Source of the DNA: Azolla caroliniana
Taxonomy: Eukaryota > Plantae > Polypodiophyta
Direction of reading: 5' to 3'
Assembly (NCBI GenBank): GCA_043228905.1
Contig: JBHGNT010000008.1
Location: 18,414,001-18,478,000 of the forward strand
DNA length: 64,000 nt
Shown: piece by piece, positions 46,844-60,763 of the stretch
Numbering within the stretch: the first letter of the stretch is position 1
How the letters are laid out: every line of letters starts with the position of its first letter
Translations under genes and position numbers: made by a program
The notes under the pieces: generated by a model
Told to the model about the DNA's origin: nothing
What the model saw: the letters and a program-made list of their open reading frames with translations, nothing else
Database searches by the model: none

Positions 46844-47022
46844 CCATCCATCCAACACACACACATATATATGTAGTACTTGGATGAATACATATTTTAA
46901 TAATCTTCCGTGTTGACCCTAAAGTCCCGGGGGGGGGGGGGGGGGGGGGTTCACACGGTGTCGTTTTGACTTTCATTTTGTTGGACCTTCCTTTCTGTTC
47001 TTTTCCCGATCACTCGGTCTTG

Positions 47023-47054
<32 letters not shown>

Positions 47055-47519
47055 TGTATGTATGTATGCATGCATATATACATACATACATAATGTGTGT
47101 GTGTACATGTAGCCTCACAATTCGCGATTTTGTGTATTATATATGTACACGCTTGCAGATAATCGCGCCTCAAGAGGATTTGCTCTCTTTTTGTTTAACG
47201 CGAATTCCGGATCCCACTCTAACTCTTTTCTAGTATTCTCTTAATAGAGTGAGCATGAGAGGCTATCATTGAGAAGGACACAAATTGAAAGTGTTCGAAG
47301 TAGGAGGTTGCTCAAAGTTGCATTGTCATCCTATAAAAGTAGGTATATTTAATGTTACATCTCCTTTTTACTAAGAGTACCCCCAAATGTTTTTGTTAAA
47401 ATAATAAGTCTATCATATTGTGAAATGCACATAAGATATCAAAACCAGTCTACTTAGCTTCTTACTTCTTAATCAATTTATAGTTGATACAACGGAACCA
47501 ACGCATTTGGGTTGGCTTG

Positions 47520-47645
47520 GCTAAAAAGGGTGTGCTAAAAGGGTGGGTCATTTTGGGCACACACGCATCCTAAAAAGGGTATGCTAAAAGTGTGGGTCAA
47601 CTTGGGTACATTCATCCTAAAAAGGGTGAGCTAAAAGGGTGGCAC
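47520..47645. repeat. Degenerate ~50-bp tandem repeat, about 3 units
   Basis: CTAAAAAGGGT(G/A)TGCTAAAAG(G/T)GTGG recurs. Confidence 0.75.
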
Positions 47646-48173
47646 AAAGGAACACATGCACACCACAATATTTTTCAGATTTTCCATAAAAACAATAACT
47701 TCTTGAAAAAATATGAATAAACATTTTGGTATGTTATCTATAGATTTTGGATTTTTTGCAGCATATATACGATCATGGTCAATTTATGCTTTTAAGTATT
47801 GGTTGTTAAATATGTGGAGAACTCAAGGTTTGTAAAAATCAAACGATAAGGCTCAAGGGATAGATTTTCATAATACAAAACATGTGAGTGGCTTTGTCAA
47901 AACAAATTTCCTCGTTGACATCTTCAATTGTTTCTTTTGATTTACATTTAGAAGTGTAAAGAATCGATGATTCTTGTGCAACGAAAGAGATGTGTGTTAT
48001 GTGTGTGTGCGTGGAAAGAGAAAAGAAAAGAAAACAGAAGATAGATAAGAGAGAAATATGAACCACTCAAGAAGAAGATTGTATATTAACAAGGAGAATA
48101 TCAATTACAAAATGTAGCATTAAAAGGGAGGACAACCGACACTCTATGAAGTAGGAGGACGGTGCTTTATACG

Positions 48174-48490
<317 letters not shown>

Positions 48491-48552
48491 AAGATGACAT
48501 ATTACAGATATGGCAACGACTCCTTAGAATTTTTGCTAATTATTTTCCCACA

Positions 48553-49091
48553 TTGGTTTTCACTGGGGGCATGGTGGTTTGGATATCACTTGTTTGTGAT
48601 GTGTTCCATTATGACAATGAATCTATGGACCATGGGTTTTACACTAAATATACATTACCACTGTTTTCATTACAATTTTTAGGAGTAAGGAAGGAATTCC
48701 CACCAATATGGGAGATACTGAGTAGTACCATTGTATATCACATTTGGAAGGCTCGATGCTCTCTCGTTTTCCATCAACTTAAAACACCACCAGTTGAAGT
48801 GGTTTCAAACATTTGGTTAGACATAATTCATACTTTGAAGGGTCAATGGCATGGTATAGTTGGAGATTCTGAGGCTAAAACTGCTCAACGTAGTGAGTTT
48901 CTTATTATTTGGACAATTACTCCATTCATGACATCCAATTACGACACTCTTATTGGCATTTTCTGCTGCCGAAATGCTTGTTTCCCCCACTGATCACATA
49001 GAGGTTTAAAATCTTGTAAATTGTTTATACTAATGACAGAATAGCTTTTTATAATAATAATAATAATAATAAAATAAAAAAATAAAAAAAA
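48553..49091 (+). mobile_element. 3' end of an L1-like LINE (ORF2 C-terminus plus A-rich tail), 5'-truncated
   Basis: 'WEILSSTIVYHIWKARCSLVF' matches the conserved W..IWK.RN..F end of plant LINE ORF2; followed by (AAT)n and A-rich tail at 49050-49091. Confidence 0.7.
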
Positions 49092-49249
49092 TATATAAAC
49101 ATGCACATAAATGAATTACATACTACATAATCACGTATGAGTTTTTTTTTTGACACACATAGGAACAGAGAGACAACGAGAAGAGGAAAAAATAAATAGT
49201 GAATGGTGAAGAGAACGTTGCGCAGATTGTTGTAGACGACGAGGAAGAG

Positions 49250-49950
49250 GATGGATGACACGGTACACTAGGGGAACTTTGATGCAATGCCCCTGACAAC
49301 TCCTCCACGGTTAGCCTTCACTATCGTCTTCACACCAGAAGAAGAAGCAATGTTGAAAAGAGAGGTAAGTCGTCTACATTCCTACTCAATAGTGTGTAGG
49401 GTTATAGGTTTAAGGCCGAATAGAGGAGATTTGAGAGATCTCCTCCAGGCGGCTTTCCAGCGTCGGATTGGAAAAATCATCGATGTGCAATTTCTTGGAC
49501 ATAGCTTCTATCATCTAGAATTGGATACAACAGAATCCATTGCAGTAATGTTGAAAGCAAATATGATCCATATTCGGAATGCAATTGCTTGTTTTGTGTC
49601 GTGGAAACCGAGCTTTGATCCTGTTGAAATGTTGAATTCGGGGTCGTTTGACCCCGATTTCCGAGGTTTTCCCATGAATCCCTAAGGAATATATGGTTGT
49701 ACTTCCATTAATCAGCACGGTTCTTCCTCCTCATGAGGAGGTGTTAGAAACAAAGCTAACAGGATACCCATCAATTTGAATATTCGTTTCTTCAATGGAA
49801 AATTTACCTACTTAGGTACTTTTACCATCACTTATCGGGAATTTGATATTCATGCAAAAATTGGAGTATGTAGGTATGCCTGGACAATGTTTTTACTATA
49901 AACAGAAAGGCCACGTACTGAATGATTGTCCAAAAAAGAAGAAGGAATTT
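49250..49950 (+). pseudogene. LINE ORF1 fragment (DUF4283-like plus zinc knuckle)
   Basis: 'SIVCRVIGLRP...VQFLGHSFYHLE...VSWKPSFDP' and 'GMPGQCFYYKQKGHVLNDCP'. Confidence 0.75.
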
Positions 49951-50270
49951 ATGTATATTTAGTTCTGTTTAGGTGTGTTTAGGTGTACTTACGTGTAATT
50001 AGGTGTGTTTAGGTGTACTTACGTGTAATTAGGTGTGTTTTATGTGTATTTTACGTGTACTTAGGTGTATTGGAGAGTATTTAGTTGTGTTTAGTGTATT
50101 TGGGTGTATTTTACCTGTGTTTTTCATGTACTTAGGTGTATTTAGTTCTGTTTAGGTGTACTTACGTGTATTTAGGCGTGTTTTATGTGCATTTAACGTG
50201 TACTAAGGTGTATTGAAGAGAATTTAGTTGTGTTTAGGTGTATTCACATGTATTTTACGTTTATTTCACG
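49951..50270. repeat. Degenerate 10-bp tandem array (GTGTATTTAG-like)
   Basis: About 30 units such as GTGTGTTTAG, GTGTACTTAC, GTGTAATTAG. Confidence 0.85.
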
Positions 50271-50351
50271 CAAATATTTTGCTTTTCTCCCCTAGTGAGA
50301 CCCGTTAGAAGGTGCCCTCTTTCAAGTTGAAGTTCCGGTCTCCGACAAAAC

Positions 50352-51778
50352 ATGACTCGGAGAGTTTATTTAAAAGACAAGTCTCGACGATTGTTATTTG
50401 AGTCTAGAGGTGATGGGACCTCGAAATCATTCGTAGGGAATAAGAAAAATAAACAAATTATGCTCCTAGAAGATAAGTCCACGCAACATAAGCTAACAAA
50501 TTATTCAAACCTAGAATGGATTCTCGCTTACGTCGAAGAAGATGGAGTATTGCTCCTCATATTTCCCACATCGGAAGGAAAAGGAAGGTTCGAATTAGGG
50601 AAGACCTTCACCTATGGGAAAGTTTGTCATTTAGAATATCAAGACAATGATTCGTCCATTATCTTCCTCGATGTTGAGAGCTCAGGTGGTATAAGGCGAG
50701 TCTAAGTTGATGAAGGAAATCTAGTACCTGATCTGTGCCACCCAAAACCTTTGCGAAAAGATATGCAAACAAAGAATAATCTTATTGTGGCTCTTGGGCC
50801 TTATGTTACCGGAGAGATGATGTCAAGCATAGAAGCAGAGACTCCACTTAAAAAATCTCAAAAAACAAAACCGGAACATAAAAAATATAAAAAACGACAA
50901 ATATCTAATGACGAGGAGCTCGAAGTCTTGGAGTTCAAGGAAGAAGAAGACGATGAACAACAACTTGAAGTTGTCCCTCCAAGAGGGCAAATATCTTTCG
51001 GTGTATTGACTTCTAAGCAAAACTGGATTAGAAAAAATATAGCTAGGACCAAACTAGTGCGAAAAGGTCAACTCTTCCATTTGCCGATTTCTTCAATTCA
51101 AAGGCCGCCCACGGCCTTGAAACCGGAAGACGCACGATCAAGATTAGAGAGCCACATGTAGTGCATGTATAGAATCTGAAAAGCAAAATGAAGATAAATC
51201 CACATGCAACTGTCGTACCTTTTCTAGTTATGGTAGACCTTGAATAATGTCTAACGGTTGCTGATTTTAAATATAGCTCTTTAGATGATTATACGTATTA
51301 TGTCATCGGAGGATCTCATTAAGTTGAAGCCCGACGTCAACTTGTAAAGGAATATCCACTCACTCTATTTTTTAAGTACGCAAAATGTAAAGTATATGCA
51401 TGTCCTACTCATGAAGAAGCCAAGTTGTTAGCTTGGAACCGTAGCAATGATAACGATTATAGACAAAAGATGTCTTGTATCGAACACATTCGATTCTTTC
51501 ACCGTGAGTATTTGGATGTGTTGCAAAGATTTGGACCCAAGTTTAACCTTGGCTTACGATGTCAATGTTTGGTAGTAGTTTGTATTGCAGTTGACGAGAG
51601 TATGAAATCTGAAGGGCTACGAAAATATGACTCATGGTTTCAACGTGCCTTTAGAATAGGTGAGGTATGGGATCTCCAAGACAGAATATTTAGCATGTGG
51701 GAGCGCAAGGAGGTCAAAGGTCAATGGGCAAAGAAGGCCAAGGTAGATCCACAAGTGGAGATGAAGACAAAGTCACGT
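50352..51778 (+). pseudogene. 5' part of ParB/Srx-like plus DNA amino-methyltransferase gene
   Basis: Across stops and one frameshift: 'LPISSIQRP..IREPHVVHV.NLKSKMKINPHATVVPFLVMV...YYVIGGSH.VEARRQL...EEAKLLAW'; in frame with 60764 onward once the LTR element is removed. Confidence 0.65.
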
Positions 51779-52602
51779 TGTCATGAAGGATTTGCTTCAC
51801 GATATAAAAATAAACTTTAATATTGTATTAAGTAACATTTGAGAGACTTGAACCCATACCCTCACACACCAAGGACAAAGCATATACCATTAGGATAAGT
51901 TACTTTCTATAGTTATATTTTTATCATCATACTTATGACATGTGTATCTTCATACATTAGAGCTTAGATGAGCATGATGGCCATCATGCATCACATGTAA
52001 AGGATGTGCACCAAATGGCGATCATGCATCACATGCATCACATGCATGCCATGCACCACCATATCATCATATGCATGAGAGAACCTATAAAGAGAGGCAA
52101 GGAATTAAGGGATGAATCAATGGGAAAACAGGGTAATCAATGAAGAGAAAGTTAGAGAAATAAGATAATCAAAGAAACAAATAATAAGTTAGCTTGTTGG
52201 TGAAGAGGCTCGTGTTTTCAAGGTGGAGTCAAGGGTTCGAATCAAGAGTTGGTAGAGAAAGGGTTCATCTTGCTATCAAGCATTGTAAAGTTGGTAAAAT
52301 CTTGTATTCGTAATGTACATCATGTTCATATCATATACTTTTTTTCCTTAAATCATACTTTGTCTCTATCTTGCTTCTTGAATCATACATTGTCTCTATC
52401 CTTTATCTATACTCGTCTCTCTCTCTCACACATTACTTTAAACTCTTATTTTTTTTATCCTTAATCTTCCTAACATTTGTGCGCAAGCCTTATAAAAGTT
52501 CCTTCAACTCCCCTTAACCTTAGTCCCTGCGACTTGGCCGCACGAACCACAACTACCCTGATACTTTTGGTGAACCCGATGTGAAGGCGGCGACAAGGAG
52601 AA

Positions 52603-54497
52603 ATGGAGGAGCAAATGAGGCTTATGTGTATGATGGTGGAACGAATGATGCGAGAGCAAGGTATGATGGCAAGCATCGACAAAGCCGTCGACAATATTCT
52701 TGCTCGAGTAGGAATCTTCGAAGATATAAATTTAACAAGATTTCTGAAGATTTACAATGAAGAAATGCTTAAACGTGGCGTCGACGAAGCTGCAAAAATT
52801 AATAGCTTTAGTCGAGTCACTGCGATTGGGCTACAAGAGAGGATCCAAGAGCTCCAAAGGGAGAATCAGACATGGACAACGTTCGAAAGAGCAATCTTTC
52901 ATGGATTGGGTAGAGTCTGATAAACATTTAAGTGTTTTGGAAGTGTTAAAGGAGTTTTCAGAAAGATTTGAGCAATTAAATGTTAGAGATAGAAATATAA
53001 AATAATATTGTTTCTACAAGACACTAATATTAAAGACAGGAAGGACTTGGGAATGCTTCTAGAAGATCAGAATAGTCCGAGTGGATTGACCGAAGATTGG
53101 GAGGAGGTGAAAAGGGCTTGCGCCCATTTCTGTATAAGGAAGTTATGGTTTATGGAGCTGCCGGAGAGAAATGAAGAAGAAACGGGGAACAAGTCGGGAG
53201 AAAAGAAAGTGGAAGAGTCACTCTTGCATGAATTGGTGAAAGGCATGAAAGACTTGTCGATCAAAGTGACGAAGCTGGAATCGGGACAAAGCTCAACTTC
53301 GTCAAGGCAAGGAGGTGGAGTGGTCCGAAGGTGTATGTGGTGTGACAGTATCAACCATAAGAAGAAAGACTGTCAAGAACGTAGGGATGCTCTTAATCAT
53401 GATAAAATCTATTATCAAGATGGTACGATTCACTCAACAGAGACTCGACAACCAATTCAACTCAACTTCGGGTGAGGTGGAATGAAAAAGCTAATGGAAG
53501 ATGTCGAGAGAGAAACAACTCAAGCGATACAATCCGTTGCAACGTTAGGGTTGCGTGTAGAAGACTCATATGGTGGATCTGGCTTTTGGCTGGGTGTGAT
53601 GGAGTATGCAAGAAAAGGGAAGGTTCATTTGCCCAAGTGAATGTACAAGATGCACTAGTGGAAGAGAAGCGAAAGAGAGTTGAAGAGGCTGATTCGGCAA
53701 AGAAACATGAGACACAAGAACAACTTCAAAGAAGAGAGATGGAAAAGGATGCTCCTAAGTCAAAAGAAGCTGATAAATTCAAAGGGAAGACAGACCCAAC
53801 TTTTAAGCTTGCTTCGGACACAGAAGCCACGACGGATATAAAACATGTCATGGAAGAAGTTACAAGAGAGTGTGCAGCAACAAGTGTCCAAGATTTGGAT
53901 CATGAATCCATTAATGTTGCAGGTGTAAAGAAGATAAATGATGTTCGGATTCATGAAGGGGATAGGAGTCATTATACAAAGAACCATTGGGCTCAAGCAA
54001 CAACGGAGGCGCCTACAAAAATTACAGAGCAACAGATTCCTTGTATTTCTTTGATGGATCATGGATCAGAAATTAACATGATGTCATTGGAATCTTGTGC
54101 TCAAGGAAGGTGGCCAATCGATAAGAATCATGGTTCAAAGAAAAGAGTTGCAACAGAGATGATGGAGGATCTATTCGGAGCATGTCCTAATGTGAAAGTA
54201 ACAATGGGAGATGTGTCGGTGGATCAAAATTACTATGTGCAAGATGGATCAACCTACCTCGTCATCCTTGGTCAACCATACAATAACGTAGTAAGTATGG
54301 AAACAAAGGATGGTGAACCATACATCAATGTAGTAAGGATGGAAACACATGTGATTAATGATGATTCAGCTTTCGTGAGGACCAAGAAGAGGGGCCATAT
54401 CTTAACCATAACGCCTAACCATGAAAGAAACAAAGAATGCTTGAGGGGACATCCAGTTCAGAAACGGAATGAAGAGTTTTTCCAAGATTTCAGATGA
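52603..54497 (+). pseudogene. gag and protease of the element at 51779
   Basis: RCMWCDSINH knuckle, LMDHGSEINMM, PNHERNKE; ends FFQDFR-stop. Confidence 0.85.
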
Positions 54498-55089
54498 ACT
54501 TTGTACAACTAGTGTGAAAGTTTAGAGGGGGTGGGTGTCATGAAGGATTTGCTTCACGATATAAAAATAAACTTTAATATTGTATTAAGTAACATTTGAG
54601 AGACTTGAACCCATACCCTCACACACCAAGGACAAATCATATACCATTAGGATAAGTTACTTTTTATAGTTATATTTTTATCATCATACTTATGACATGT
54701 GTATCTTCATACATTAGAGCTTAGATGAGCATGATGGCTATCATGCATCACATGTAAAGGATGTGCACCAAATGGTGATCATGCATCACATGCATTACAT
54801 GCATGCCATGCACCACCGTATCATCATATGCATGAGAGAACCTATAAAGAGAGGCAAGGAATTAAGGGATGAATCAATGGGAAAACAGGGTAATCAATGA
54901 AGAGAAAGTTAGAGAAATAAGATAATCAAAGAAACAAATAATAAGTTAGCTTGTTGGTGAAGAGGCTCGTGTTTTCAAGGTGGAGTCAAGGGTTCAAATC
55001 AAGAGTCGGTAGAGAAAGGGTTCATCTTGTTATCAAGCATTGTAAAGTTGGTAAAATCTTGTATTCGTAATATACATCATGTTCATATA

Positions 55090-58000
55090 TGTTGAGAATC
55101 AAGCTCAACTTGGTCTACTATGTGAACTCACCTTGAGAGTGAATAGACGCTCCAATGGTCAAGAGTCACCATTAAGTGACCACTTAGTATTCTAGCATTT
55201 AGTATAAGTCATAGAATCATATTCTATGACACATAACTTATGAGCTTTCACATTCCCCATGCTCCATGAGTCTTGTAGTTAATGAAGAGAGAGGGTGACT
55301 ATATAAAGCACCCTCCTCCCACCTTGTATGAAATTAAGTCTTCCTCCTTTGTTAATATACTTTTACCTTGCGCATTCCTTACGTCTTACTCTCACTCACT
55401 CCCTCTCACTCTCTCATACACACACATAACTCACATCTCTTCCGCTTAACAAGAATCCTATCTGATTCTTTACATGGTATCAGGGCGATTTGGTAGTTCG
55501 ATCTAGCCCATTCGCCTCATCGTGATCGTGTGTTGTGCTCCACGCCGACGACCAAGAACTGGCTCATCGCTATCGTAGCTTCACTACATAGCTCGCATTC
55601 GAAGAGAGAAGAAGAAGAAGAAGAATCAACATAATGAATACTCAAATGGGGAGCGCTCTCCCTACCGAGAAGTTGGATCGAAACCACTTCGCATCTTGGG
55701 AGTACAAGATGCACCAATACCTTGTCGGACAAGGCTATTGGAGCTACATCAAAGGAGCGCATGAAGATCAACCCGCCGAAGCGTCTCCCGGATACGCGAC
55801 ATGGGAGCAAGCCGCAAACCGTGTGATGTATTGCTTGGCGACATGTGTTCACGATCACATGCTCGGCTACATTCGCGAAGCCAAGACGCCAAAGGAGGCA
55901 TGGGAAAATCTACGAAAGATTTTCGCGGCGAACACAACCGCAAGAAGGCTTCAACTCCGCCAAGAGTTGAACAACATTCAACAAAGGGACATGTCCATTA
56001 CGACATACACCTCGAAGATCAAGGAGCTTTGCGATTCGCTTGGCTCAATAAGCGTAAATATCAATGATGATGAGATAGTTCAAATATGCCTCAACAGCCT
56101 CGCACCACGGTTCAGCGCGATGCGAACCGCCATTCTAGCACGGGAGAAATCTCCTTCCCTCTTCGAGCTCCAATCAATGCTATTGGTCGAAGAAAACCAC
56201 GTGCGTACAAGGAGCAATGAGTCGGAAGGCCACATGCTCTACACGCACTCGAACGGAGGAAGAGGACGCGGACGGTCGAGAGGCCGATTCGGCCAAGGAC
56301 AAGGCGGACGAGGTCCGACCTACGATAACAACTCCCAATTTCGGCAGCAAAACAAAAGCCAATGAGGAACCTTCGCAAGAAGGGGGAGCTTCCACTCCGG
56401 CCTGAGCTGTCAAAACACAACCGAATGCGGATATTGCGGAAAGCTCGGCCACTACGAAGAAGAGTGTCGAAAGAAGATGCATGAATCGGCTTCCACAAGC
56501 CGACAACTCACAAACTACGCGCACAACTCCGACCGTGGCGGAATGTTCATGATGAAACATAGAGCAAACTCTATGTCAGCCTCTACGTCAACTAGTGCCT
56601 CCGGTCCAGAAGACGTATGGTTCGTCGATTCTGGTGCCTCGAACCATATGACATCGCATCAAGAATGGTTCCGAGAACTTTGAGAGCCGGACCAACCCGG
56701 CTATGTCGAAACCGGAGACCACACTACGCACCCGATTTGGCACATTGGCAATGTTCCGTTTGGAAAAGAAGGTAAGCAAAATTACATTAAAAATGTCGTG
56801 CATGTACCAACCATTACGAAGAATTTGGTCTCCGTTGGCCAAATTGTAGAGCAAGGGATGCAAGTTCGATTTAATCAAGGTGGTTGCTTCATCGAAAAAG
56901 AGGGTCGACTCATCGCACGCGGATGAAGAGAGGGCCGAATGTTCATTCTCGACTCACACAAGATGAAACCGGCCATGTTCGCAAAGGGCATGAAAGCCGA
57001 CTCCAACATAGAGTTATGGCACAAGCAGATTGGCCAAATAAATCTCCAAAAGCTCAAAGCAATGAAATCGAAAGGAGTCTTCATCGGACTCCCAACATTC
57101 AAAGAGAAGGAGATTGAAGGTGTATGCGAAGTGTGCCAATTCGGCAAGCAACACCCACACCCATTCCCGAAAGAGTGAAACGTGAGCAAAGGTCTACTCG
57201 ACGTAGTCCATTCCGACGTATGGGGACCGGCGCAGACGGCTACATTCGGCGGATGCCGATATTACGTGCTCTTCATCGACAACTTCTCTAGGCACACTTG
57301 GATCTACCCGATGCGGCAAAAGAGCGAAGTGTTCGGACACTTCCAAAAATTCAAGAATGAAGTCGAGAAAGCCACGGCCGACATGTACGATGTCTGCGAT
57401 CGGGTGGCGGCAAGGAGTACTTCTCGGACGATTTCACGGCGTATCTCCGAAAGGAAGGAATTCGGCGAGAATTCACTTGCCGACACACTCCGCAACAAAA
57501 CGGAGTAGCCGAGCGCAAAAATCGGCACATCCTCGAAGTAGCGTGGGCCATGATGAACGAGAAGCATATGCCCAAGTCATATTGGGTTGAAGCTGCAAAT
57601 ACGGCCGTCTACCTAATGAACCAGTGCACAACATCCGGCGTGCACGAGGTCACTCCGCACGAAAAATACTTCGGAAAGAAGCCAGACTTATCGCACATCT
57701 AGATATTTGGCACGATAGCGTATGTGCACATTCCCGACGAGAAGCGTCAAAATCTTGACCTAAAGTCGGAGAAATGTATCCTTGTAGGATACTCATTAGA
57801 GCAAAAGGGGTACAAGTGCTACAACCCCTCAACTCGAAAATCTCAAGTATGTTGAGACGTTGTTTTTGACGAGTCCGCATCCTGGTACACACCAGAGACA
57901 ACTTCGACTCCGACTTCGCTTGACCTGGAATTCGCCGAACAAGAGCCTTTGAGCGATCCTTATGTGCATGTTCGAAGAAAGTCCGATTACGACCCAACTA

Positions 58001-60523
58001 AGCGGACCACAAGCGCCTTTGAGCGATCAAAGCACATCACAACCTAGCCCGAAGATGGACAAAGGCAAGGTGAAAATGGCGGAATACGCAGACGATCGCA
58101 TCGACGACGATGAGTCAACTCACTCACTCGACAGTGAGTTCGGCGTCTTCGATGTACCAATCGGAGCTAAGAAAGCCCTCATCTTTGCAAATGAAAAGCT
58201 TCGTCGCTCCATCCGTGAAAAGAATCCGGTCAGCCGATTCGGCTACAACGACTAAATGGCATATCACTATGCCTTTATGATGAAGGTGGCGACAGTACGC
58301 GAATCAAAAACTTTTCCGAAGCAGCCAAGGATCCGCGATGGATCGAAGCCATGAACGAAGAGATGCAGACACTACGCAAGAATGAGACATGGGATCTCAT
58401 TCCCACCTGACCACACAAAAAGGAGATCAGATGCAGATGGATTTACAAAATGAAGTACAACGCTGACAGTTCCGTGAACCGCTACAAAGCGCGACTCGTA
58501 GCAAAAGGCTACGCACAAACGCACAAAGTTGACTACGAAGAGACCTTTGCCCCAGTGGCAAAGATGACGATGGTACGAACTGTAATTGCACTTGTCGTGG
58601 CGAAAGGGTGGCACCTCCATCAAATGGACGTCAAGAACGCCTTTCTACAAGGCGAATTAGAAGAGGAGGTGCACATGATCCAACCACGCAACTTCAACTC
58701 GAGCACCCATCCGAAAGCTGTTTGCCGACTCAAGAAGCCACTCTACGGCCTCAAGCAAGCATCGCGTGCTTGGCATTCGAAGAAAACACAATATCTTCAT
58801 CAAATCGGCTTCTGTATGTCAAAATCGGACAACTCCCTCTACATACGAAGCGATTCCGCAAGTCTGATCGTCATCATCTTATATGTGGATGACCTAGTCA
58901 TTGGAGGTGAGCATCTCATCGAAATCAATAAGGTCAAATCCCTCCTTTCCGACAAGTTCGAGATGACGGACATGAAGGAACTCCACTACTTCCTCGGCAT
59001 CAAGGTAATTCGGACTCCGGCCAGAATCATGATTTCTCAACGGCACTACATCCTCAACTTGTTATACAAGTTTGGTACGGCTAAGTGCAAATCCGTGGCA
59101 ACCCCCCTCGATCGTAATCTCAAACTAGATGCGAACTCCGGCACCAAAGCGTGTGAGCCGACTCAGTATCGGCAACTCATCGGGAGTCTCATCTACCTCA
59201 CGATCACTCGACCCGATCTCAGTTATCCGGTCGGTCTTCTTAGCCAATTCATGCAAGCACTGTGTGATACTCACTTGGATTGCGCTAAGCGAGTTCTACG
59301 GTACGTGAGCGAAACAATGGATTACGGCATACTCTACAAGACCGCGATGCCAATACGACTCGAGGGGTACACAAATGCCAATTGGGCCAGCTACAAAGCC
59401 AATAGAAGATCAACCTCCGGATTTGTTTTCTCCCTCGGTAGCGGAGTAATATCCTGGAGTAACAAGAAGCAGCCTACCGTCACTCTTTCAAGTACGGAGG
59501 CGGAATACAGGGGCGCAACCATAGTTGCGTGTGAAGCCGTATGGCTCAAGAGGATTTTGAAGGATCTAGGCGTACCCATCAAGGATCCGACTTCCCTTTA
59601 CTGCGACAACATGAGCAGTATCTATTTGGCTCGGAACCCGGTGTTCCACGCGCGGACAAAGCACATCCAAGTGCACTATCACTTCATGCGAGAGCGCGTT
59701 CTAGCTGGCGATGTCGACCTACAACACATTAGAACAAATCTTCAAACGGCCGACATCTTCACTAAAGCCTTAGGAGCCGACAAGTTGTGGCAATTCATGA
59801 CCGATCTCGGATTGACGATCCCTGGCTTGCCAAGCTTGAGGGGGAGTACTAAAGACATTACGCAATAACGCTTGGATTCCGCAAGCTGCGCACATTACGC
59901 AACAAAACGCGTGGATTACGCAACCACGCAACGAAGCCGCGAAGAGTCGATCTACCGCGCAAAGCCGCGAAGAAAGACACAAGCCGAAGCATAGACTTCG
60001 CAACTACGCACAACGCAAGCTGGAGCACGGATTCCGCAACTCCGCATAAATGCGAGTCGATGCAGACTCCGGAACGCGAGTCGAAGCAGATTTCGGATAC
60101 CGTCTGAAACCGACACGACTTGTGCTTGAGGGGGCGTGTTGAGAATCAAGCTCAACTTGGTCTAGTGTGTGAACTCACCTTGAGAGTGAATAGACACTCC
60201 AACGGTCAAGAGTCACCATTAAGTGACCACTTAGTATTCTAGCATTTAGTATGAGTCATAGAATCATATTCTATGACACATAAATTATGAGCTTTCACAT
60301 TCTCCATGCTCCATGATTCTTGTAGTAAATGAAGAGAGAGGGTGACTATATAAAGCACCCTCCTCCCACCTTGTATGAAGTTAAGTCTTCCTCCTTTGTT
60401 AATATACTTTTACCTTGCCTATTCTCTGCGTCTTACTCTCACTCTCTCTCACTCTCACTCTCTCATACACACACATAACTCACATCTCTTCCGCTTAATA
60501 AGAATCATATCCGATTCTTTACA
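55090..60523 (+). mobile_element. Full-length decayed Ty1/Copia element (Copia-3), same lineage as Copia-2
   Basis: LTRs 55090-55474 and 60137-60523; TSD ATATA/ATATC; PBS TGGTATCAGGGC; PPT GAGGGGGCG. Confidence 0.95.
55634..59868 (+). pseudogene. Copia-3 gag-pol
   Basis: LPTEKLDRNHFASW gag, WFVDSGASNHM, HSDVWGP, MDVKNAFL, LYVDD, YCDNMS, ADIFTK; stops and frameshifts. Confidence 0.93.
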
Positions 60524-60763
60524 ATATCATATACTTTTTTTCCTTAAATCATACTTTGTCTCTATCTTGCTTCTTGAATCATACATTGTCTCTATCCTTT
60601 ATCTATACTCGTCTCTCTCTCACACACATTACTTTAAACTCTTATTCTTTTTATCCTTAATCTTCTTAACATTTGTGCGCAAGCCTTATAAAAGTTCCTT
60701 CAACTCCCCTTAACCTTAGTCCCTACGACTTCGCCGCACGAACCACAACTACTCTGATAACGT

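Larger units (their letters stand above)
51779..60759 (+). mobile_element. Non-autonomous Phygy-like element (gag plus protease only); 3' LTR split by Copia-3
   Basis: LTRs 51779-52563 and 54536-55089 plus 60524-60759; TSD ACGT; PBS TGGTGAACCCGATGTGA at 52568; PPT before 54536. Confidence 0.9.

Noticed and set aside
49951-50270. Interstitial telomere
   Set aside because: Period is 10 bp with TTTAGG, not tandem TTTAGGG
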